Part shown: positions 36,692 to 47,490 of the stretch, one piece after another | Numbering within the stretch: the stretch's first letter is position 1 | How the letters are laid out: each line of letters opens with the position of its first letter | Origin: Chlorokybus atmophyticus | Lineage: Eukaryota > Plantae > Mesostigma and Chlorokybus algae | Length of the DNA stretch: 64,000 nt | Assembly (NCBI GenBank): GCA_009103225.1 | Contig: RHPI01001965.1 | Location: 201,114 to 265,113 of the forward strand | Reading direction: 5' to 3' | Translations under genes and position numbers: made by a program | The notes under the pieces: generated by a model | The model's input: only the letters and a program-made list of their open reading frames with translations | Database searches by the model: none | What the model was told of the DNA's origin: nothing

Positions 36692-39600
36692 TATTGAGAT
36701 TGCATAGTAGCAACAATGACAAACACAAGTGTGGCGCTGACAATAGAGCAGAGTGGATCTTATTGTCTTGCACAACATACAGTGTCTTATATAGTACACT
36801 AGTGAGCGCTAGTCAACACTAGTCAACGCTAGTCAAAGTCAACACTAGTCAACACTAGTCAACGGTCAACATTAAAGATCAAAGTCAACGTTGACCATAG
36901 TGGACTGTAACTCCTATAACGGCAGCTGACCGTAACTCCCAAGGTGAAGATGATCGTAGAAGTTTAGCTAAGGCGCCTAGCAAAGTACCTTTAACACTCC
37001 CACGCGAGCATCTTTAGCCTTCAACTCCGAGCTCCAGGCAACAAGTCTGGAACTTGGTTGATGGTAGTGGCTTGGTCATGCAGTCCGCGAGCATGTCCTC
37101 CGTGCTACAGTACTGAACTCCACCTCACCGCGTGCAACTCTCTCTCTCACCAGGTGGTGCATGATGTCGATGTGCTTCGACCTGGGAGATGTGATAGGGT
37201 GCATGCTCAACTTGAGCGCTCCTTGGTTGTCACACATGATAGTGACCCGGCTCAGTGCATGTCCCAAGTAAGTGACCAACTTGCGAAGCCATAGTGCTTC
37301 TTTCACCGCAGATGAAGCCGCCATGTACTCGGCCTCAGTGGTTGATGCAGCAACAGTGGGCTGTAGTCGGCTGTTCCAGCTGACGACGCCTCCTCCCATC
37401 AGGAAAGTGTCCTGTGGTAGACCTCCTCGTGTCGAGGTCCCCCGCATATTCTGCATCAGAATAACCCTGTAATGTAATGTCTTTTGTCCTCCCCAAAGTG
37501 ATACCCACGTCCAAGGTGCTGCCAAGGTAGCGAAGAACTCCTTTTGCCGCCTTCCAGTGCTCCATGGTTGGTGCTGACATGTGTCTCGCCAAGATTCCAC
37601 GGCTTGTGCGATGTCGGGCCTCGTGCTGATGGACAAGTAGATGAGGCTCCCAACCAGCTCACCGTATGAATGTGTAGCCTTGTCAAGCACGGTGGTAGTG
37701 TCCTGCCTTGAGTAGATGTACTCCCACGCTCAGTGGTGTTGCCTTGCCCTTGGCGTCTTGCAACTTGAACTTCTTGAGTACATTCAGGATCATCTGCTTC
37801 TTGGTGATCTTGATTGTCCTTGCAACTCTGTCTCTGGTGATGACAATCCTTGATTGCCTTCTTAAGGCGCTTCGCCTCGGCGTCATCCGCGGCCAGAGGA
37901 TGTCCCTTGAGCTCCTCCATCACTTTCCAGTTGTGTTTGTTGGCTACTTCTAAGTAGTGAAACTGTTTGAATACCTCCTCAAACGCTGCGCACAAAGCAC
38001 ATGTAAGCAACACGAGTTGCATCAGCACACTGGCTCAAAGCCATAGGGTCCAGCGCCAAGCGCACCCACATCCCACCCTCAACTTTACATACCACATGCC
38101 CTGCGGATTCGGATGCATATGATGTGCCCTGTTGTGCTTGTTACCTTGCTGTGAGGTAGTCATAATGTGAATACAGGGGTGAGCATGCAAAGATGTTAAG
38201 TGCGGGCCCTCCCCCCCCGCCGGACATGGGGGGAGGAGGGATGCGGAACAAATGCATCTCGTGCATCTATGTTGATCAGGGAAGCGCCTTTATAAGGCCC
38301 ATAGCGCACGCATGTGCAAGTGGGCATGGACCAAGTCCGCACCCACATGATGATGTTTGTATGGACGCTCGTGCACATGACGCTACAAAGAATGAGCCCA
38401 CCTTTGATGTTCTCCCGGCGACCATGAGCGAAGTGAAGATCGAGAAAGTGAGCGGGCACACGGTCGAAGGAGCTCGCCGCCGCGCCGATGTGAGCCGCCA
38501 CATCCACATGTTGCCGAGCCCGCTTCTTCAAGTTCTCCTTCCAAGGGGTCGCGGGCTCGGTGTAGCGGTTGCACATCGCCGCCACCCGAGCATTAGGAGT
38601 GTAGGAGTCGCTCTCGCGGCGAAAGATGCTCACAAGTAGTGGATGGTTGGGCTCGTCCATGGGTTCATCAAGAGGGATGGCGGGCGCTTTTCCACGCTTG
38701 AGGCGGATGTTTTCCGCTTCCAACTCCTCCAACCTCCTCGCCATGGCCTCCGTGGGTGTGGTGGAGGCGTTGGAAACCGGGCTTGCCGCCCTCTTTCTAC
38801 GCTTGTAAGTGACCGCGGGCGGGTCGTCGTCGTCATGATCATCCTCATCATCACCATCACCATCCTTGTTCACCTCCTCCCCATCCACCACGAGGGGGTG
38901 CTTTCTTTTCTCCTCACTCTCCGCTCGCCTCTCCTCCTCCTCACTGAAGGTCTGGCAACACGGACTTCTCGCCTTTGCCAAGCGGTTGGAGGCCATGAGA
39001 GCCGCCGCCGCCGAGGCTTCCACGTCCTCGCCTTGCCCTTGGGCGCTTGCTTGCGCCCGCGTCAACCTCTTGTCCATGGTGAAGGTCCCCCTTCCCCCTC
39101 ACCACACTCGCCACCCTCGCCAAGGATGGCGCCGCCGTGCTAGGGTTTCAAGCGACTAGATAAGGAGCTTGTGGCTCACACTCACGCCTAGTGAGTGCTT
39201 GTGCCCCCTAGTGCCCGAGGCACTAGGGGCACAAGAGTCTCATAACTCATTAACGAGTTCTTGAGTTCATGGGCGCGCATTTCATGCGCTTCATGAACTC
39301 ATATACTTCTTGAGTACATTCAGGTTCATCTGCTTCTTGGTGATCTCGATTGTCCTTGCAACTCTGTCTCTGGTGATGACAATGCCGAGAAACAAGCGTG
39401 CATCGCCAAGATCTCGAATCTCAAAAGCAGATTGCAGTGTCACCTTGATATGTGACGTTGCAACAGTGTCGTTTGATGCCAAGATAATGTCGTCCACGTA
39501 CACCAGCAACCACACTTGGCCGTATTCACTGATGAAGAGCCCGGGATCTGATGATGACTGCTGAACGCCCATTTCTTTAGCTCCTTGCTGAGCCGAATGG

Positions 39601-42600
39601 GCCAGACTCTTGGCGCTTGCTTAAGCCCATAAAGAGCTTTATATAGCAAGCAAGCCTTTCCTGAGCCTCCCTCCTCGTAACCTTGAGGCTGCTGCACGTA
39701 GATCTGCTCATCCAACTCTCCATAGAGAAAAGCAGTCTTCACGTCCAGGTGGTGCAGCTCCAAGTCCTCTACAGCAACCTTTGCAAGCAGCGCCCTGAAG
39801 GTTGTGTGCTTACTGGCAGGCGCAAACACCTCCTTGTCGTCAAAGCCCTCCTCCTGTAGGAAGCCCTTTGCCACAAGTCGCGCCTTGTAGCGCTCGATGT
39901 TGCCCTTGCCGTCACGCTTCATCTTGTACACCCACTTGACAGGTATAGGCTTGACGCCTTGTGGAACCTGCTCAAGTACTCAAGTCTTGTTGGCGTGTAG
40001 CGAAGCAATCTCCTCATCCATGGCCTTGCGCCACAACTCAGCATCTGGAGCTGTATTGGCCTCATGGTAAGTGCTTAGCTCCTTCTCCTCAGTGGTTTCA
40101 GCGCTCATGGCCTGGAACCTTTGGTAGAATTGAGGTGGCGCTCTGTTTCTCACAGGTGAGCGCCTCTCCTGCTCATCCACAGGTGCAATCTCGTCCTCCT
40201 CAAGGTGTGGCGCACCATTAAGAACCTTTATGTTGGCAGATGGTGTGGTGATGACCTCTGGCTCCTCAGCAAGGTCATTGTTCACAGGCGTAGAAGGTGT
40301 TGTTGGTGAAGTCGCCACCATCTTCTCGTCGAAGACAACATCCCTTCGAACCACAATCTTCTTGCGGTCCTCAAGCAAGATCCTGTATGCCTTGGAGTTT
40401 GGCTCGTACCCGACAAAGACACCCATCTCCCTCACGTTCTCAAGCTTCCTTCTCAGCTGCTTGGGGATGTGTGGATACGCCTTGGCTCCAAACACACGCA
40501 TGTGCGTCACATCAGGCTTCGCACCGTAGAACAACTCCCACGGGGTCTTGGCTTTATTGCTCGTAGGTGACCTGTTGCGGATGTAATTGGCCGTGACAAA
40601 TGCCTCAGCCCACAAAGCTTTGTCCAGCTTTGTATTTATAAGCATGGCACGCACGCGCTCCACAAGCGTGCGGTTGAGACGCTCTGCAGCACCGTTTTGC
40701 TCAGGGGTGTAGGGTGCAGTAGTCTCATGCTTGATGCCATGCTCATTCAGGTAGCTCTTCAAGGTGTGGTTGAGATACTCAGAGCCTTGATCACTTCTCA
40801 ACGCCAACACCTTTGTCTTTGCTTGTGTAGCCAGCTGAGTGAGTGTCCTCTTGACTACATCAGCAACATCCGACTTCGCAGCAACTGGAATAATAGCAGA
40901 CAGCTTGCTGAAGTCATCTATGAAAGTGGCAACGTACCAACTCCCTCCAGTGGACGCAACTGGCATGGGACCGCACACATCCATGTGCACGAGATGCAAG
41001 GGTGCTGTACTGGTGCGGGAAGAGGTAGGAAAAGGCTGCCTAGGCATCTTGCTCAGCACGCACGTCTCGCATAGATCATCTTTTACTGCGTTGATGTCCT
41101 CCGCTTTGATGTTGATCCCATTCACCATGTCCTCAGCCACCAGTCTTGCCAGGTAGTCCCATTCAAGTCTTCGGTGCCAATGACGAGCTGTGTCCGATGC
41201 AGTGACTATCGCAGACAACGCAGGCTGCCGATCCAGTGTGATGCAGTACAAGCTCTCTCGCAATGTGCCCTCCACAACAACAATGTTGTTCACCTTGACT
41301 TGACACTTTTGAGCATTGAAGTTAACTTTGGCGCCTGCGCTTGTAGCTCTTCGAACGGAGAACCGGCTGGAAGCTAATCCTGGCACGTGGATCACCTCTT
41401 TCAGGGCCACTTCATGTGTAGCGCCCGCCACCACAGTGTGTAGGATGACGGTGCCCACTCCCACAGCTTGCAAGTGCAGCTTGTTGCCAAAGCTCACTTT
41501 CACACCAACAGCATCGCTCAGAGCATGATATTCATGGAACTCATATCTGTGTGGGGTCATATGCTGTGTGCACGCAAAATCAAACAACCAAGCGCTTTCG
41601 ATAGCAGTGGTGCTAGCAGCAAGTGCTACAGCTTGTCTATCAGAACCTTGTTTCTGTTGCTGATCGCGCTTCAACTTTCGACTGTCCTTCTTTAGGTGTC
41701 CCTTCTTGTCGCAGTAGTGGCAGGTACGCGTCTCCTTCTTCCCACCACCGTTATTGTTGTTGGGGCGTGAATTGGATTGTGCCGCGAATGCCACAGCTTC
41801 AGCCTCGTCCTGGCGTCCTGGTGAAGTGGATGCTCGTTGCTCGACTTGAAGTAGGCGTGGGGTGATGGCCTCGAGGGAGCTCCTCACTGGTTGACTCCAT
41901 AATGGTGACAGTCATCTCGAACTCCTTGGGCAAGCCAGCAAGGATGACCCAGACCACCTCCACCTCCTTCACTTCGTGTCCAATGGCAAGCAAGTCGTCC
42001 CACAGCTGCCTGGCTTGTGAGATGAACTTGATGACAGGTTCAGCAACATCCTTCCTCAAAGCATTCATCTGCTTCCTCAACTGCAACTTCTTAGCATTGT
42101 TTTTAGCCTTATAAACCTCAGCAAACTTCTGCCACAACTCTCTAGCAGACTTGCAACGTGCAACAAGCGCTAAGTGATGCTGTACCACTGTCAACGCAAG
42201 TGCCTGATTGGACTTTTTCTTCATGGGTGCGTCCTCTAAGTCGAGAGGGCGCTCCGTGGGATCCACCACCGACCATAAATCCTTGTGCATGAGTAGCATC
42301 TGCATCCGGATGCTCCATGTCCCATAATTGTCGAGGTTCAATGGCTCGATGTTGACCTTATCATAGCTGGTCGCCATGCTTCCTTTGCTAGTCTGCAATG
42401 AAGACGGCGCCTCCCCAAGCTACATTAACTTGTACTTGCTATACTAGCGCTAGTGTGGGCCCATAACCTATTGAGATTGCACAGTAGCAACAACGACAAA
42501 AGTGTGGCGTTGACAATTAAGCAGAGTGGATCTTACTGTATTGCACAACATACAGTGTCTTATATGGTACACTAGTGAGTGCTAGTCAACACAAGTCAAC

Positions 42601-42788
42601 GCTAGTCAAAGTCAACACTAGTCAACACTAATCAACGGTCAAAGTCAAAGTCAATGGTCAAAGTCAAAGGTTAAAGTTAACGTTGACCATAGTGGACTAT
42701 AACTCTCATATCGGCAGTTGACCGTAACTCCCAAGGTGAAGATGATCATAGAAGTTTAGCTAAGGCGCCTAGCAAAGTACCTTCAACA
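36692..42788 (-). mobile_element. Full-length copia, family A copy 2, inserted in DIRS ORF1 and carrying a nested DIRS piece
   Basis: LTRs 42469-42788 and 36692-36996; perfect TSD GGCTT (36687-36691 and 42789-42793); PBS 42455-42468; frameshifted gag-pol colinear with A1; YVDD intact near 39490. Confidence 0.96.
37848..39304 (-). mobile_element. 5' piece of a DIRS-order element (A1 plus ORF1) nested in the RT of copia A2
   Basis: A1 39304-39101; ATG at 39077; exons 39077-38402, 38128-38093, 37985-37848 splice into one open frame; flanked by a 79-bp duplication of copia sequence. Confidence 0.92.
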
Positions 42789-43182
42789 GGCTTTACCTTG
42801 GGCTTGGGCTGCGCCGCAACCACATCCTTCAACGCCTTTCAGTAGCCGCTTTGCCTCATCATCAACCATTGTGAGGGGGTTGCGCACCAGCTCGTCCACA
42901 ACCTTCTAATCATGCTCGTTAGCCACTTCCACATAGTGGAATTGCTTACACACCTCATCAAATGCTGCGCACAGAGCACACATGAGCAACACGCATTGCA
43001 TGTTCATGCGGGCAAAGCCAATGAGTTTAGCGCCAAGCGCACCCCAAATCCATTCCCATACCTATCATGTGCATATGCGCATGCAAATGCGGATATTATG
43101 CCCTGTTGTGCTCGTTCCCTTACTGTGGGGTAGTCATATGTGAATATAGGGTGAGCGTACAATGGTGTTAAGTATGGGCCCC

Positions 43183-43183
<1 letters not shown>

Positions 43184-43277
<94 letters not shown>
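43184..43277. repeat. Poly-C tract in intron 1 of element D (length unreliable, next to an N)
   Basis: Homopolymer run; shorter C/G runs occur at the same intron position in other copies. Confidence 0.9.
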
Positions 43278-44354
43278 NTAGACATCGGGCTAGCGCCTTC
43301 ATAAGGCCCATCATGAACGCATGTGCAAGTGTATGTGGGCCTAATCTGCACCCACATATTCATGTACCTACATGCGCGTGTATGTGGCTTAACAAAGAAT
43401 GAGCCCACCTTTCATGATAACTTTGCGGCCTTTAACAAAGTGGGGGTCTTCGGCGAGGTGGGCGGGCACACGATCAAAGGAGGATGCCGCCGAGCAGAGC
43501 AGAGCCGCAACCTTGAGGTGTTATCGAGCCCGCTTTTTCAAGTCCTTCCTTCAAGGGGTGACGGGCTCGCTGAAGCGGGTGGCCATGGCTCCCACTCGAG
43601 CGTTGGGGTTGGTGGAGTCGCCGCTATCACAACAAAAGATGCTCACAAGTAAGGGGTGGTTGGGCTCGTCAATGGGCTCATTACACGGGATGGAGGGCGC
43701 CTTCTCACGCTTGAGGCGCATATTGTCCGCGTTCAACCTCCACATCATTGCCTCTGTGGGTGTCATGGGTGGGGTAGAAGCATTGGAGAGCAGGCTGGCC
43801 TCCCTCTTCCCACGCTTGTAAGTGACGAAGGGCGGGTTCACATCGTCCTCATCCTCCTCACCACCACCATTACTCTCCTTGTTCACCTCCTCCTCTCCCC
43901 TCCCCACGGGGGGGGCGCACCTCTCCCTCCTCCCTCGTCACTCTCCTCTCCTCCTCCTCACTCAAAGTGTGGCGATACGAACTCTTAGCCCGCGACAAGC
44001 GATTGGCGGATACCATCGCCGCCGCGGCTGTGGCCGCCACCTCCATCATTTTGGGCACTTGCTTGTGACCATGTAACCATGGTACAGGTCCTCCGCTCAC
44101 ACCTCCTCACCACACTCGCCACCCACGCAAAGGGTGGCGCCGCCGTGCCAGGGTTTCAAGTGACTAGATGAGGAGCATGTGACTCATAACTCACTCTATA
44201 GAGTGCTTGTGCCCCCAAGTGCCTAGGGCACTAGGGGCACAAGAGTCTCATAACTCATTAACGAAATTTCGAGCTCATGAGAGCGCATTTTATGCGCTTC
44301 ATGAAGTCATATATCGTTATGTGAAGCTATAGGTTGCTGTTATGTTCCAATTTA

Positions 44355-44726
44355 TGTTAAATGTTACTAATTGTTGAATGTACATGTATGAGCGGCGCCA
44401 ACATGTAGTTGGTACGAACAGCCTAACCTTCATAGTTACGGGAGTTACGAGAGTTATGAGAGTTACGGCAATTATGGTCAATTGTGGTCAACTTTGATGT
44501 TGACCGTTAACTTTGACCGCTAATTGGTGTTGATTTCTACTAGAGTTGACTAGAGTTAATTAGTACTTAGTAGCATCGTATATGAGACACTGATTACTGC
44601 TTAATACAAAGGGTCGCATATTGTCTCGATAGTTGGCGTGCTTGCTGCACTTGTCCTTAGTGTGTGCACGCTTGTATGTAAGAGGCACATATACACACAC
44701 ACTAGATGCATTACTAGTTCTCACTA
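44355..44726 (+). repeat. Diverged solo LTR, copia family B-like
   Basis: TGTTAAATGTTA start, GAGTTAC and TTGAC arrays, AGACACTG, CTAGTTCTCA end; flanks ATTTA/GTTTG could be a decayed TSD. Confidence 0.85.
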
Positions 44727-44869
44727 GTTTGTTAATAAAGAGATGTATTTGATATCGTTGTTTGCATAAAACGCGCAATTGGCCAAATGCTGGCGCTGGT
44801 TGTAATGCGGTTGGTTAATTAAACGCGCACAAGCGCGCGACCTAAGTCAGTTGTTGGTTGATTTGTTTT

Positions 44870-45560
44870 TGCATCAATTGCGCTAGTTTAAGATTACGTC
44901 GCCAACCATTGCAAAATTAATGTTAGTATATAACTTTTGGATCGTCACGGTCATCGCTAATTTCCTTATAGGTAAACGTGCATTTCATTCTGTAACATGT
45001 TGTAAAAGTTATAACATGCGCAGGTGCTGCACGCGTGCCCACCCGTTTGGATACTTGGGTCATATTACCCATGGGCAATGCATAGTTATGCGGGGCATGT
45101 ACCACAATATGCAAACTATTGTGTATGATAATGAAGCTCCCACCTAGCAACAACATATTATGTTTTGTCTTGTTGTCGCAGAACCATGTGCTTGCTTTAA
45201 CCTTCTCATAACGTGCTTGTCGCACAACCCCATCAGGGAGGTCTGGCAATATGAGAGGCACAACGAGTACATGGTTGGATTTTGCACAATATAAGCGCGC
45301 AAGCCCGCAAGTGAGGCCCTCACACTGTTGACCGATTTATAAACTCAAGGCAAATATGGGTGCAAGGCGTTCATCTTTGCACTGCCATGTTCGAGCTTCT
45401 CTACTGCTGCTATGCAATGTGCTTGATAGCTCCCAAAGAGCCACCTTTGCGGGGTAATTACCTTGTGCCGTACTCGCAAGTACCAAACATGTATGTGCGT
45501 AAGCTCATACCAAAAACCACGCGATGAGCAATGCTTGGCCTCATTCATATGTGCCCATCC
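44870..45560 (-). pseudogene. Possible second Sola2-like transposase relic
   Basis: Patches ELTHIHVWYLRVRHKVITPQRWLF, VVRQARYEKV, NYALPMGNMTQ, EISDDRDD fall in the same order as motifs in 8520-13650; very decayed. Confidence 0.4.
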
Positions 45561-46949
45561 TACTCGATAAATGTTTTTAGCCTACCACATAGTGACGCAC
45601 TTATGGCAAGCCTGACTGGCTCCGGCTCCCCAAGTGTGGGCAATGCATGTAATTGCTGGTTTCAACCGACCGTGCACACGACGGCCCAATGACATGATGT
45701 ATGAGTTCAGTTTCTACTAACAGCCGTGACCCGGCTAGTTAACCTGGTTGGGTCCAACATACAAGTGGCGCATAGCAGGCAATGAGCGGCCGCTTGGTTA
45801 CATCATATAGTTAAGTTGTTCATGAATGGCACTTAAGCCAATTGCAAACCGCGCAAATGCGCTTTCTATTACCAATGATAAAACCGTGTTTTGTATATAT
45901 ATATATATATATATGGATCCACTTGTGTGCACGGCCGTTGAACCCAGGAGTAACCGGTATTTTGAGAAAAATGTTAAGGTGTCTATAGTTGCAATGGAGT
46001 GAAGGTGCGTGTCGTTGTTGCAAACCAACGGTGCCTCACCATAAAAACAAGACTAGTATTGCACAAGTTGCTTGCTTCACATGAAGACATGGCTGCACAC
46101 AATACCGCGACAGTTAACAAGATTGTGGCCAAATACATAGTTGATACGCTAGGTTGTAACATTTTTCAATTGTGTGGGAGTGTGCAGAGTCTGCAGACCT
46201 AGTAGCCTTTGCATGGTCAAGCTACTCATGTCTTGCAAGGCACATATGTGTAATTACCCCACGCCGCAAGGTAGCATGATGTGAGCTTATGATAGTCGGC
46301 GCTGCACTGAGTGATACATTGTGTCTATGAATGCACACTAACAACCTCGCATTGTGAGTGCACCTAGGCGGACCTTGTAAGCTAGCATGCCGTTACTCGT
46401 GCAAGAGGTACATGTGGCATAGTGAGAAGCATTATGCTATTTGCATGTGGGTGAAAGTTGTAAAAGGAAATAGGCATGGGCCCAGCATGCTTTAATACCC
46501 ACTATAGGCAATTGGGTGGGGCCACCTTAATACAAACAAGAAGTGTGCTTTTAGCACTGCCGTGCGTGTTCCAAGTCCGCAGCCATAGTCACTGAAAAGT
46601 AGAGGGATAAGCGCGTATAATGGCATTATTGGCGAATAAATGTCCCCAATGGTGAAGCCTAATGCAAAGTAGTAGTGGCCTTATGCTTCCATAGCCTGAG
46701 TGGGTCAATACATTGGCCGTTAAAAGGCTGGCAGCAAATGGCCGACTTCCTCCATGTGCATCCCATTGAACTATATGACAACTTACACGCTAATGAGGCA
46801 GTATCAATGGTAATACATAGCCGCCACTTCCGATATAATGCGCAATAGCAAAGGCAGTTGGCAATTAGTAGTTGTGGCGGCGGTGGCGGTGGTGGCGGCG
46901 GTTCTTAGCAGTAATGACCCAGCGGCGACACCCACAATAGCAGCGGCAA

Positions 46950-47260
46950 TAGTCTCCTCTGCCCGCCCCACCATCTTTTGATGTGTTGGCTACATGCCAA
47001 GGTGCAAGTTCGCCCCCTCCCCCTCCGCCCTCTTGCTTATGGCTTGCACACAATTGGCGCCCCTTTGCAGCTAACGCGTCAGGTTGCTCTTCATAGCTCG
47101 CCCCCACCCTTTCTGGCAGTGGCGAGAATCCCCCTCCTCCCTCCCCACCATCTTCTGGTGTGTTGCTGCATGCCAGGGTGCAAGACCGCCCCCTTCCCCT
47201 CCAACCTCTTGTATGTGGATTGCACACATGTGGCGGCCTCTTGCAGCAGCAGCTGTGTCA
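46950..47260. repeat. Two imperfect ~110-bp direct repeats, period ~180 bp
   Basis: CCCCACCATCTT...CATGCCA.GGTGCAAG..CGCCCCCT...CTCTTG...TTGCACACA at ~46965 and ~47143. Confidence 0.65.
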
Positions 47261-47490
47261 GGCAGCTCACCATTGCCCTCCCCCACCCGCTATTGGTTAG
47301 TATGCGGTTAGTCTAATTGTTTGCCTGCAAGTTTGCCGCCACTACCTGCTTACCAAGCACTCTTTCGCAACCCCTGAGCAGGAGATAACAGTGCAAGCAA
47401 GATGTTAAATGTTATAGCTTGTTGAAAGTACATGTATAGGTGGCGCCTACATGTAGTTGATACGATCAGGTTAACCGTTATAGTTGCGGG

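Larger units (their letters stand above)
31070..44313 (-). mobile_element. Large DIRS-order (PAT-like) element D, interrupted by copia B1 and copia A2, 3'-truncated
   Basis: A1 44313-44109; ORF1 ~44090-42789, resuming at 36691 after A2; RT ~35930-34750 (YIDD, spans an N gap); RH; Dam-like domain ~34260-33760; YR start at ~33750, resuming at 31391 after B1 (SRASSTLRGHEGY...LPAHPGTVALFL). Confidence 0.88.
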
